Shown: positions 29,364-38,523 of the stretch, one piece after another | How the letters are laid out: the number at the start of each line of letters is the position of its first letter | How positions within the stretch are numbered: the stretch's first letter is position 1 | IMG/VR virus record: IMGVR_UViG_3300030419_007944 | Location: 1-55,831 of that record | Source of the DNA: a virus | Lineage: Duplodnaviria; Caudoviricetes | Direction: 5' to 3' (one strand) | DNA: 55,831 nucleotides | The notes under the pieces: model-generated | Seen by the model: only the letters and a program-made list of their open reading frames with translations | The model's database searches: none | What the model was told of the DNA's origin: nothing | Translations under genes and position numbers: made by a program

Positions 29364-30563
29364 TTATATAAACTCCGGATGTTTGATTTTTGACTTAATC
29401 TTTTCTTGTTTTTCTATAAGATCTTTTTTATTGATCTTATCAAAATTTTGATGAAGCTCCCACATCATCTTATTGCTTTCATGCGGCTTGCAAAGTTCGG
29501 TACAATTCTTGAAACATTCTACTTTATCAATATTATACATTACTTCTTGGCGTTTTTTTATATCATTCCAAATATTTTTAAAAGATCTCTCTCGCAAATT
29601 ACCATAACTATATTGTTTATAGCCTCGATGGTTGGTGCACACATAAACATGAGAGTCGGCGCCGACACAAGGCTGTAATTGAGAGCCTAGGCATCTTTTA
29701 TAATTTCTACCATACAAAGATGGATCTTGTTCTAAATCTGTCAATTTATAGCCATTTATCTGAAATTTGCTTCCTAAGATTTCTTTGGCCTCGTCGAGTA
29801 GGGGCTCCACTTTCTCATTCCAAAAATCAATTTCTCTCTGCACTCCAGACTCGCGCTCGCGGTTGACCACCTCGGGCTTAAATTGGCAATAATCTAAATC
29901 AAAATCTTTAAAAAACTTTGCAAAATCAACAATCTCTTCGTATGTGTCGGGAGTGATGACGAACCCTACACCTATATTTATCTTTTTTCCTTTTCTATTG
30001 TTAACATCGATCAGCTTTTTTAAATTTGTAACCATCTTATCCCAATTATGAGATTTCTTGACTCTTCTAACGCTATTATATGTTGCTTTAGTGCCAGCAT
30101 CAATAGAGAATCTTACCCAAGTCATATTGTCTACCAAAGCGTCGAACATATCCCACTTATCTAGCAAAGTACCATTTGTAAACATACCCATCTTAATTGA
30201 GTGTGAGCCAAGAAATTCTATCGCCTCTTTAAGATGAGGATTGATAGTTGGCTCACCGCCGCCGGTCCAATTTACCGCGCGGACGTCCATGTCGACAAAG
30301 TCTTGGCAAATTCCCATTAAAATCTCTCGCGGCATCACAGAGCGATCAAAGGTCTCCAAAGCTTTTGATTCCGGAAGGTGTATGTAGGAAGAAATACAAA
30401 AATAGCATCCATGATTGCATGCATTGCTTGGGTCAACTTCAACCAAGACAGGGTTGGCATTGCCAGTTTCGAAAAATTCTATAGCGCGATCCACGTTTGC
30501 AATTATCTTCGCTTGTGGATTGAATATAGACGTTCCTTTGTTTAAGATATCATTAATTTTCAT
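29364..30563 (-). CDS. Radical SAM enzyme with SPASM/twitch auxiliary-cluster domain
   Basis: CNHGCYFC, TGGGEP, and C-terminal C...VYVC...YGNL...CFKNCTELC. Confidence 0.9.
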   Translation of the reverse strand: MKINDILNKGTSIFNPQAKIIANVDRAIEFFETGNANPVLVEVDPSNACNHGCYFCISSYIHLPESKALETFDRSVMPREILMGICQDFVDMDVRAVNWTGGGEPTINPHLKEAIEFLGSHSIKMGMFTNGTLLDKWDMFDALVDNMTWVRFSIDAGTKATYNSVRRVKKSHNWDKMVTNLKKLIDVNNRKGKKINIGVGFVITPDTYEEIVDFAKFFKDFDLDYCQFKPEVVNRERESGVQREIDFWNEKVEPLLDEAKEILGSKFQINGYKLTDLEQDPSLYGRNYKRCLGSQLQPCVGADSHVYVCTNHRGYKQYSYGNLRERSFKNIWNDIKKRQEVMYNIDKVECFKNCTELCKPHESNKMMWELHQNFDKINKKDLIEKQEKIKSKIKHPEFI

Positions 30564-31476
30564 TTTTGTCTTCTAGCCATTTTAAGAAATAAGCGGTTGG
30601 ATCCTTGAAGTATTCTCTAACTACATTATCAAAATATTGTTTTGCGGCGTTGGCGCGCCTCTCTATCTCGTCGCGAGGGAGAGTATAAATATATTCAAGC
30701 TGTTGCTTTATTTTTTGTGGTGTCAAATCATTTCCACAAATTCTGAATATAAAGCTAGTATCATAATGATCCTCGCCGACAAGAAAATAATCTTCATCTG
30801 ATATTAAAATTGGAACTCGATTATAATAGCATGTCTCTAAAAGGCGTACACTGTCTATGCCAGAGCCGCGGGGGCACAGCGATAAAGAATTTGAAAGCAT
30901 AGTGTCTATAAAATCTTGCTGTACTTCTGATCCTACTTCCGATGGGCCTGACCAGCTTCTATTAATATGGATATCTTTTTTAAAATCGGAATGGTGCACC
31001 GCGTGCAGCATCATGGCGCGAATTCTATGATTCAGAAATCCCCGGAAGCCAAAGCTTCTTTTATCTGGGAGAGTGTATTCTTCATTTCTGTTGTTAATAA
31101 TCTCAAGCAAAAGATAAGAGAAGGTCGGCCTAGTGAATAAATATTCTATATTTGAATATCTCTTAAGGGGTCCCATGGTGGTTATAATCGACCCATGAAG
31201 CCACGATGGTATGGGCATTCCTCCTTCGCCCTCGATATCGCAAATATGTTTCTTCTCGTTGCCCTTAAAGAAAGAAAAGTCTGACGGTTTGAAATTTCGA
31301 AATTTATCATTTGGAATTTGACCCATATAAAAATAATCAGCTTCGGACGCCGGCGCTAGCTCAAAGTGCTCGTTTAGGCCTTTTTTGCTCATTGGCACAG
31401 TATTAAAGTATATAGCAACATCATCGTGTACATGTTTTAAGGCTTGTGGATAAACATATAATTTTAATCTTTTCAT
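30553..31476 (-). CDS. Exostosin-family (GT47-like) glycosyltransferase
   Basis: LKLYVYP N-terminus and SLCPRGSG...RLLETCYYNRVPILISD. Start moved to ATG 31476, which makes an ATGA overlap with the upstream stop. Confidence 0.75.
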   Translation of the reverse strand: MKRLKLYVYPQALKHVHDDVAIYFNTVPMSKKGLNEHFELAPASEADYFYMGQIPNDKFRNFKPSDFSFFKGNEKKHICDIEGEGGMPIPSWLHGSIITTMGPLKRYSNIEYLFTRPTFSYLLLEIINNRNEEYTLPDKRSFGFRGFLNHRIRAMMLHAVHHSDFKKDIHINRSWSGPSEVGSEVQQDFIDTMLSNSLSLCPRGSGIDSVRLLETCYYNRVPILISDEDYFLVGEDHYDTSFIFRICGNDLTPQKIKQQLEYIYTLPRDEIERRANAAKQYFDNVVREYFKDPTAYFLKWLEDKNEN

Positions 31477-32477
31477 TTTAACGTCTTGGTCGTGGAGGGC
31501 ATGGGAGCAGGTGTGCATATCGGACAGGGTGTCCAGTTTGCGGCCGTGCAATCGCATGTTGAGCGCTCGGGGACGGGCACTTCAAAAGAGGATATTTTGT
31601 TCTTAAGTTTGGGTTTTTTCAGTCGACTGGAAGATTTCGGGGACGTTTTTTTCTTAGACTTGGGGTCTTCCAACGGCATTACCAGACGCTTGTTAAGCCA
31701 AGTGGGCGCTTCATGTGGGCGAGGAAAGGCCACCTCTGGCCGGCCCGGGTTGTCAATTATCTCTTTGAGTTCGCAATAGGAAATATCATATCCCAAGTCG
31801 CTTTTTGCTGTCGCCGCAGAGAGGAGAGAGCAATATATAGCTCGGTCATATGGATCATTTGAAGTATCGCTTGATTGTTTATTATGGATGTGTATGAAAT
31901 CTTCTGTACTTTCACTTATTTTGTCATATCCTTTTACATAAAATAAATAAAAAGATAGATAATGATCAATAAATCTTGACTTAAACAAGGAAGGATAAAT
32001 AACACCAGACAGTTCCCCATCTACAAGGCTTCGGCTTAATATAGGAAATCTAGCGCATGGAGGCCTTGTAGTATTATCAAAATTCATAGGTAAGTTATAC
32101 AAATCAACAACAGAGGCGCCGTGGTGTGGCTTGACAAGGGTGATATGATCTTCTTGGCGGCGGTAATCATGTAGAATTTTTTGAAAATTCTCCTTAAAGC
32201 TCGTAAGGAATGTCATATCATCAGTGATCGGCTGGACAAATGTGCCAGATGATCTCTTGTACATCTCATTAAACCCCTTGACACTCCCCTCCCTTGCCTC
32301 TTCTTTTAGCCAAGTTACTCCGTCTGCTTCAGGGCTTAAAGGTGAATATACGAAAATCTCGTAGCTGATCGGGCCCCAATTAATGGCCTGTATAGAATTA
32401 ATAGTTTTATGACAAAATTTTGAATTTTCTCGCTTGTCATTCATTGTAGAAAGCAAGAAGGAAATATCAACACCCAT
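31473..32477 (-). CDS. Putative GT2-like glycosyltransferase with a low-complexity C-terminal tail
   Basis: DISFLLST, GSVKGFNEMYKRSSG and ITDD motifs. Likely start is ATG 32477. Confidence 0.55.
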   Translation of the reverse strand: MGVDISFLLSTMNDKRENSKFCHKTINSIQAINWGPISYEIFVYSPLSPEADGVTWLKEEAREGSVKGFNEMYKRSSGTFVQPITDDMTFLTSFKENFQKILHDYRRQEDHITLVKPHHGASVVDLYNLPMNFDNTTRPPCARFPILSRSLVDGELSGVIYPSLFKSRFIDHYLSFYLFYVKGYDKISESTEDFIHIHNKQSSDTSNDPYDRAIYCSLLSAATAKSDLGYDISYCELKEIIDNPGRPEVAFPRPHEAPTWLNKRLVMPLEDPKSKKKTSPKSSSRLKKPKLKNKISSFEVPVPERSTCDCTAANWTPCPICTPAPMPSTTKTLK

Positions 32478-32481
32478 ATCC

Positions 32482-34350
32482 TCACTCCATTGATGAGCCT
32501 TCTTTATCAAAGATGCTGGGCATCGGTGGGTTCTTTGAAATCTCCATTGGCTCAACTATCATATTTTCGTAAAATTCTTCTCTTGGGAGATAGGGGTACA
32601 TATCCTCCACCGGAGTTGACCAGCCAACAATTTTTGGCTCATATGTGTGATATTCATGGCAATTCACATCGCAAATCAAAGGCCCGTCAAACTCTAAGAA
32701 CTCTCTTATCTTAGTCCTCACCTGTTCATAACTGTCGGCGCCTGTGATAGTCATTGTCGGTACATTGTATGCATCTGCAATAGCTACAAAATCTGGAGGA
32801 GAATAGCCTTTGGGGCCGCAGGCTTCGCTTCGGCCTTGAAAATTTACCTCTTGAAAGGCCTTGGTAATGCCATAAATATGGTTATTTAGAATAATAGTCT
32901 TTAGTTTGATATTATAATTTAATAAAGTTTGCAGCTCCTGAATGTTCATATTGAATCCTCCGTCGCCTATCACACAAACAACATTCTGATCTTCATTGGC
33001 TGCGAACCATCCACCAAGGGCGCCGGCAAAAGAAAAGCCCATGGGCGAGTTGCCATTATTTGTGTAATATCGTTGCCCCGTCTTGGTCTCGAAGGCATGG
33101 TTGAGCACAACGATATTCCCCCCACAATCTCCCACAAGAATATCATTAGATTTCATCTCTTCGGATAAAATTCTAGTAAAGGCATAGGGATGAAGATCGC
33201 CGTTTTCTTCAAACATTTCAGTTGTCACTGGATCGTACTTTTCTTTCCACTCTGTCACTTTGCTCATCCAATTGGAAAAATCAGGAAAATAATTCGAATC
33301 ATATGAGTTAACATAATCTAAGCGATCGATAAGTCTTTCTATAAAAAGCCTTGCATCTGAATGTATGCATTCATCAAAAGGAAGCTGTTGCCATTTTTTA
33401 ACTAAATTAGCCGCATCAATATCAACCATGTATTTTTTAGCCTCGCGGGCAAAAGTAGATGGTTCACCGCCCGTAATTCTTCCGGAAATACGACTACCAA
33501 TAGCTAATATAAGATCTGAATTCTGTATACCAAAGTTCCGGCCTGCGCCGCCATAAGTTCCAATGCGACCACCATAGTATTCATAGTCTGAACAAATAAT
33601 ATCTAGCGCGTTCCAAGTAGGGAAGCAAGGTATTTTTAACTTTCTTCCCAGCTCTAACATCGCCTCATCAGCATCAGATAGCTTAACCCCTGCGCCCACC
33701 ATTAAGCAAGGCCTTTTTGAATTTTTTAAATCAACTAAAAATTGATCAATCTGAGAATCGATTCTCTCAAGATTGAAAGCTAGCTTGCTTTGTTCTGCAT
33801 CGAAAGAGCGAAGATTGTCAACTTCTACTTCAGTCTTTGCCACGTCAATAGGCAAATCTAATAGTACCGGGCCAGGTCGGCCAGATGTCGCGATATGTAT
33901 GGCCTTTTCTAGCTCAAAGCGAATATCTTCTGGATTTTCAACTAACTTTGCATATTTTGTTATCGGCTCGACAATTCCAACGATATCCGTTTCTTGAAAG
34001 CCTATCTGTCTTACTGATTCATCCGGTCTCATATATTGAGTTTTGATTTGCCCAGTAATGAATACACACGGAACAGAATCATAAAAACAATTTCCTATAG
34101 GGGTCACGAAGTTCATTCCTCCGGGGCCACTAGTCGCAATAGCTACGCCAAATTTTCCAGATACCTTGGCGTATCCTTCAGCTGCAAAGCCGCCGGCTTG
34201 TTCATGCATTACAGCAACATATCTAGTTTTATCATTTCTAGTAAATGCATCGATGAGATGACCATTCGCTGCACCATATACAACAAATACTTCCTTTATT
34301 CCCTCGTCCGCGATATGATCGATTACAAAATCGGCGACCTTCTTTTTCAT
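32482..34350 (-). CDS. Thiamine diphosphate-dependent enzyme, acetolactate synthase-like (YerE-like sugar branching candidate)
   Basis: HEQAGGFAAEGY, TSGPG, GRPGPVLLDLP and the GDGGFNMNIQEL...NN ThDP motif. Confidence 0.9.
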   Translation of the reverse strand: MKKKVADFVIDHIADEGIKEVFVVYGAANGHLIDAFTRNDKTRYVAVMHEQAGGFAAEGYAKVSGKFGVAIATSGPGGMNFVTPIGNCFYDSVPCVFITGQIKTQYMRPDESVRQIGFQETDIVGIVEPITKYAKLVENPEDIRFELEKAIHIATSGRPGPVLLDLPIDVAKTEVEVDNLRSFDAEQSKLAFNLERIDSQIDQFLVDLKNSKRPCLMVGAGVKLSDADEAMLELGRKLKIPCFPTWNALDIICSDYEYYGGRIGTYGGAGRNFGIQNSDLILAIGSRISGRITGGEPSTFAREAKKYMVDIDAANLVKKWQQLPFDECIHSDARLFIERLIDRLDYVNSYDSNYFPDFSNWMSKVTEWKEKYDPVTTEMFEENGDLHPYAFTRILSEEMKSNDILVGDCGGNIVVLNHAFETKTGQRYYTNNGNSPMGFSFAGALGGWFAANEDQNVVCVIGDGGFNMNIQELQTLLNYNIKLKTIILNNHIYGITKAFQEVNFQGRSEACGPKGYSPPDFVAIADAYNVPTMTITGADSYEQVRTKIREFLEFDGPLICDVNCHEYHTYEPKIVGWSTPVEDMYPYLPREEFYENMIVEPMEISKNPPMPSIFDKEGSSME

Positions 34351-34412
34351 TATTTTATCCTATTGTACACTATGCATAGAAAAAAGTTCTTTCTTGAATT
34401 CTTCTAGTTCAT

Positions 34413-35378
34413 CTATTTTTTTTTTGCATCGGAATCTGAAGAGCGATTCTTAATAGTTACAGTCTCTGGTGTAGCACTATGATTGGTGGGAAATCCTTGA
34501 TCTGTCTCATAAATGACCTCGTCGTGTTTCCAGTTTCCACCGCCTAACAGCTTTTCTAGCTCCTCTTCTTTGATAGCATAGAAGTTTTCTTCGGCTGGAA
34601 ATTCGCCAGATCTCACTTCTTCCGCATATCTTGTCAGAGCAGCTTGCATAATCTGGCCGGCCTCACAATATCTCTTTACAAACTTAGACTTAAACTCCCA
34701 GAACAAGCCCATCAAATCATGAAAAATAACTAACTGACCATCGACTTTATCTCCAGCGCCGATGCCATAAACTGGAATTGATAGTTCATTGGAAATGATC
34801 TCAGCAGACTCTCTCGGCATACCCTCTAGAAGCAAGAATGTACATCCGGCCTCTTGTAAGTCGAGTGCTTGTTGAAGAATGATCTCAGCCTGCTTAGCTG
34901 TCTTGCCTTGAACCCTATACCCCCCTAGCTTTGCTCTAGTGTGTGGCGTAAGGCCCAGATGGCTCATAACCATAATGCCTGAATCGGCGATGGCTTTTAT
35001 TCTCTCTGTCATTGCTCCTTCGACCTTTACACAATCCATGCCAGCCCGGACAAACCTACCGGCATTCGCGACTGCCTCTTCGTTAGAGACTTGATAAGAC
35101 ATGTAAGGCATGTCGCCAATAAGGAACGACTTTTTGGCGCCCTTCGCGACTGCCTCACAATGTCTTATCATATCATCCATAGTTACGGGAATTGTTGTTT
35201 TATATCCCAGAGTCGTCATGCCCAGAGAATCTCCAACAAGGATACAGTCTACGCCGGCTCCATCAGCAATTCGTGCTTGTGGATAGTCATATGCTGTAGT
35301 CAACACAGTCTTTGTATTTTCTCTTTTTTGTCTTCTTAGTTTAAGAATCGTTACTTTATTTATATCGTTTGCTGGCAT
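34413..35378 (-). CDS. panB: 3-methyl-2-oxobutanoate hydroxymethyltransferase family protein
   Basis: TAYDY, LVGDSLG, GDMPYMSY, VKVEG, HLGLTP, GGYRVQG and GIGAG..DGQ motifs. Confidence 0.92.
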   Translation of the reverse strand: MPANDINKVTILKLRRQKRENTKTVLTTAYDYPQARIADGAGVDCILVGDSLGMTTLGYKTTIPVTMDDMIRHCEAVAKGAKKSFLIGDMPYMSYQVSNEEAVANAGRFVRAGMDCVKVEGAMTERIKAIADSGIMVMSHLGLTPHTRAKLGGYRVQGKTAKQAEIILQQALDLQEAGCTFLLLEGMPRESAEIISNELSIPVYGIGAGDKVDGQLVIFHDLMGLFWEFKSKFVKRYCEAGQIMQAALTRYAEEVRSGEFPAEENFYAIKEEELEKLLGGGNWKHDEVIYETDQGFPTNHSATPETVTIKNRSSDSDAKKK

Positions 35379-35381
35379 TTT

Positions 35382-36911
35382 TTAATCTCCTAAAATGCGT
35401 CTTTTGAGTTTGATTGTAGCAGTATCGACAACGTTTTGTTTAGCCTTTTCTCCAAATTTTCTTTCAAGTAAGTTCAAATATTCTGGATTAGTGTGGTACT
35501 TTGTCCACGCGTCATCTCTAAACTTGAGTATTTCCGCTGCCGTTAAATTGTCTGTAGACAAATTCTGTGTATAATATGAATGCTGGCTATATCCTGAATA
35601 TCGGTCTGGTAAGACCAGGCCAGCTTTCTTTGCCTGAATGTGCAATGGACTTCCGGGATATGCCATTGCACAATAGAAATTTGCCATCTCTGTATTAGCT
35701 TCAAGCGCAAAATCTAATGTAAATTGAAGTGACTCGGCTGTGTCCATTGGCAAGCCAAAAATATAATTTGCAGCAACGTTGATTCCTGCTGCGCGCATAT
35801 CATTGATTATATCAATAATTTTTACTTCTTTAAAGTTGTCTTTGTGCACTTCTTTGCGCAAAGTTTGATTTGGATTCTCGATACCCAAACCCAGCCAGTT
35901 GACGCCTGCTTCTTTGAGGATATCTAGATATTCTGGCTTGCACGTATCAATTCTAGAATACGCCCATATGTTGAAATCATAACCTCTTTCAATAATCAGC
36001 TTGCATATCTCTTCAAAGTGCCTCGGATTTAAAACAAAAAGCTCGTCTGCTATCTTTACATTTTTCACTCCCATTTTCGCAATTTCATCAAATTGTTGAA
36101 TTATGAATTCTGGTGGCCACCATCGCCACATATTGCTACTATCACTAGCTATTCCGGGAGAGGAATCAGTTCTGTTGATAATATTTATCATACAGAAAGA
36201 ACAACGATAAGGACAGCCCAAGCTCGTGTATATAGAGGCAAAAGGCTCTTTCTCAGAATTATTCGACCAAGAGTGCCAGCCGGCTGTTCTATATTTCTTT
36301 ATATCTGGCAGGAGATCCCACGCCATTCCGGGGAGATCATGAACCAAAAGCGCCCTGGGGACAATAGGTCGTGGTTTATTTAAAATTATTCCTTCTTGCG
36401 CTTTGAAGCCTAGACCATCGACCTTTTTAAGTTCGCTGTCTTCATCAAACCGGTTAAGTTTAAGAAGACTGCTTATAGTATATACGCCCTCGTTCTGGCA
36501 AATCATATCTATTGAGGGCTCTTCTAAAACCTCTCTAGGCAAGGCAGCGACGTGCCCACCAACAAATAATATTTTTGTATTTGGACTTAACTTTTTGACT
36601 TCGTCTGCAGTGGCGACGGCGCCTTCCATGTTTTGTGAAGATGCACTAGGCTGCTGACCGTATACGACAAAACATACAATTCTTGCTTTTGCATCAACTA
36701 TTTCAGAGGCAGCTGATAGATAGTCTAGTCTTTCTGCTTCGCAGTCCAAGATTCTCGCCCCAAAGCCTCGAATGCGACAATGATTTGCCAACATGGCAGC
36801 CCAAATAGGAGGCTCAATAGCTGAATGCTTAGTGCTTAATCCCTGGTATATTGCCTTGGAGGCATTAGGGTGAACAAATAATATATCTAACTGTCTCACA
36901 ATGCACCTCAA
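35382..36911 (-). CDS. Cobalamin-binding radical SAM enzyme (class B methyltransferase-like)
   Basis: N-terminal B12-binding-type domain (EPPIWAAMLA, VGGHVAALP) and GCPYRCSFC. The true start may be GTG at 36899. Confidence 0.88.
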   Translation of the reverse strand: MRCIVRQLDILFVHPNASKAIYQGLSTKHSAIEPPIWAAMLANHCRIRGFGARILDCEAERLDYLSAASEIVDAKARIVCFVVYGQQPSASSQNMEGAVATADEVKKLSPNTKILFVGGHVAALPREVLEEPSIDMICQNEGVYTISSLLKLNRFDEDSELKKVDGLGFKAQEGIILNKPRPIVPRALLVHDLPGMAWDLLPDIKKYRTAGWHSWSNNSEKEPFASIYTSLGCPYRCSFCMINIINRTDSSPGIASDSSNMWRWWPPEFIIQQFDEIAKMGVKNVKIADELFVLNPRHFEEICKLIIERGYDFNIWAYSRIDTCKPEYLDILKEAGVNWLGLGIENPNQTLRKEVHKDNFKEVKIIDIINDMRAAGINVAANYIFGLPMDTAESLQFTLDFALEANTEMANFYCAMAYPGSPLHIQAKKAGLVLPDRYSGYSQHSYYTQNLSTDNLTAAEILKFRDDAWTKYHTNPEYLNLLERKFGEKAKQNVVDTATIKLKRRILGD

Positions 36912-37834
36912 TAATTAGCGTACCAAGGGCTCTCTATGATAGAATACGCCTTGACAAGCTGTATTATACCATCATCCAAATCAAAATTACAATTAAATCC
37001 TTTGTTGTAGAATTTTTCACTGCTAACAATATAATCTCTAGTATCTGGGTCGCTAGTAAATTCGGCCTTTATTATCTCTAGAGGCATGTGTTCTGAAATC
37101 TTTTGTGCTAGCTGAAGTTTGTTCATATTAATAGCATCATTGCCGACATTATATGTCTCGTTTTTGCACTCGTCCCAGTTATCAATAACATGCTTGTACG
37201 CTCGGCAAACATCTTGTATATGAACGTAATTTCTCATAAACTCACATTCATATAGCACAATCACTCTTTCGCGAAGAGCTTTAAGGACAAAATTATTTAC
37301 TAATAGATCGCTCCTCATTCTAGAGCTGGGACCAAAGACCGTAGCCAATCTAAATGTTACGTGATTTTCTACATTTTTATAAGCTTTTTCTGCATCTACC
37401 TTAGTAACTCCATAGAGTGTCAGGGGGTTTAGAGGAGACTCCTCGGTGCACACGCCGTCACTCTTTGATCCATATCCTGAATTTGTGCAAGGATAGATGA
37501 CCATTTGATCATTAGATTTATTATCGGCTATCCACTTGTTAACATCAAAATTAATCTCTTTTGCATCTCGTGGGTTATCGCGACATAGCGGAAAGCCAAC
37601 TAGAGCAGCCAAAGGTATAATCACATCAGCTTTTTTAACGTGTTTTGCCAATAGGCTTATATCTCTTACATCTCCGTTCACAAAACTAAAATTCGAATTA
37701 TTTGTATATCTCAATAAAGATGATGGATCATACATAAGATTGTCATATGCAACGACATCATGGCCATCATCTAGTAAATGTTGCACAAGCTCGGATCCAA
37801 TATAGCCTGCACCACCGGTAATTAAAACATTCAT
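36908..37834 (-). CDS. NAD-dependent epimerase/dehydratase or 4-keto reductase (extended SDR)
   Basis: TGGAGYIGS, YGVTK and FRLATVFG motifs. Confidence 0.9.
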   Translation of the reverse strand: MNVLITGGAGYIGSELVQHLLDDGHDVVAYDNLMYDPSSLLRYTNNSNFSFVNGDVRDISLLAKHVKKADVIIPLAALVGFPLCRDNPRDAKEINFDVNKWIADNKSNDQMVIYPCTNSGYGSKSDGVCTEESPLNPLTLYGVTKVDAEKAYKNVENHVTFRLATVFGPSSRMRSDLLVNNFVLKALRERVIVLYECEFMRNYVHIQDVCRAYKHVIDNWDECKNETYNVGNDAINMNKLQLAQKISEHMPLEIIKAEFTSDPDTRDYIVSSEKFYNKGFNCNFDLDDGIIQLVKAYSIIESPWYANY

Positions 37835-38124
37835 TATCTTTCAATCCTCCCTAAAATCCAATCTCTAAGCATTAACCAATCACATGCTTTAGCCCACAGT
37901 GGATTGGAGAACGCGGCCGGAGTGTTTTTTTCAAAGAAAAAATGCCCAGACCATGCAAATGGATACACCACAAAAGGCACTGCCAGCAATAAAAGCCATG
38001 TCTTAGACAATATCGCATAAAGCAATACTAACAAGGTAGTAGCCTGTCCTAAGACATGAAGTCTGCGACACATTTTATTTTGATGTAGCGCTAGATAGTG
38101 TTGATAGTATTGTTGAAAATTCAT
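37834..38124 (-). CDS. DUF962 (Mpo1-like) membrane protein
   Basis: YLALHQNKMCRRLHVLG...FAWSGHFFFEKNTPAAF. Start taken as ATG 38124. Confidence 0.8.
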   Translation of the reverse strand: MNFQQYYQHYLALHQNKMCRRLHVLGQATTLLVLLYAILSKTWLLLLAVPFVVYPFAWSGHFFFEKNTPAAFSNPLWAKACDWLMLRDWILGRIER

Positions 38125-38522
38125 CACCAACTCACCTCCCAATCTTCAAATTCAGCCGCTAAACAATCGATTTTATAATCTTTTCGGCCGCCATTTAATT
38201 CTTGAATTTTATTTTTAGCTGTATTTCTAATTCCATTTATTCCATGTGTAAGCTCAAGATTATTACCATCTTTAATGCCTTTTCGATAGTTTGATTCATT
38301 ATGCCAAATATGTAAGTTCATTTGAGACAAGACCACAATAGCTCTTATGGTTTCAGCATCAATTGTATCACACGAGTCTAAAATCAACTGGATATCGTGA
38401 ACAATGTGTTCTATTTCTTCTGCATATGCCTTCTTGTGTTCCGGAATAAACACCTCTTTTAGTTGCACAATTGATAGACGATCTATTAGCTCAGATAAAG
38501 TTGGTAAATATTTTCTTTCCAT
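38124..38522 (-). CDS. Hypothetical helical protein (possibly DUF4254-like)
   Basis: TLSELIDRLSIVQLK and NLHIWHNE motifs. Confidence 0.6.
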   Translation of the reverse strand: MERKYLPTLSELIDRLSIVQLKEVFIPEHKKAYAEEIEHIVHDIQLILDSCDTIDAETIRAIVVLSQMNLHIWHNESNYRKGIKDGNNLELTHGINGIRNTAKNKIQELNGGRKDYKIDCLAAEFEDWEVSW

Positions 38523-38523
38523 T

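Noticed and set aside
32482-35378. panB plus ilvB as pantothenate or branched-chain amino-acid auxiliary metabolic genes
   Set aside because: No other pan or ilv genes are in the window and both genes sit inside a sugar/GT operon. The housekeeping reading is not excluded but is less parsimonious.
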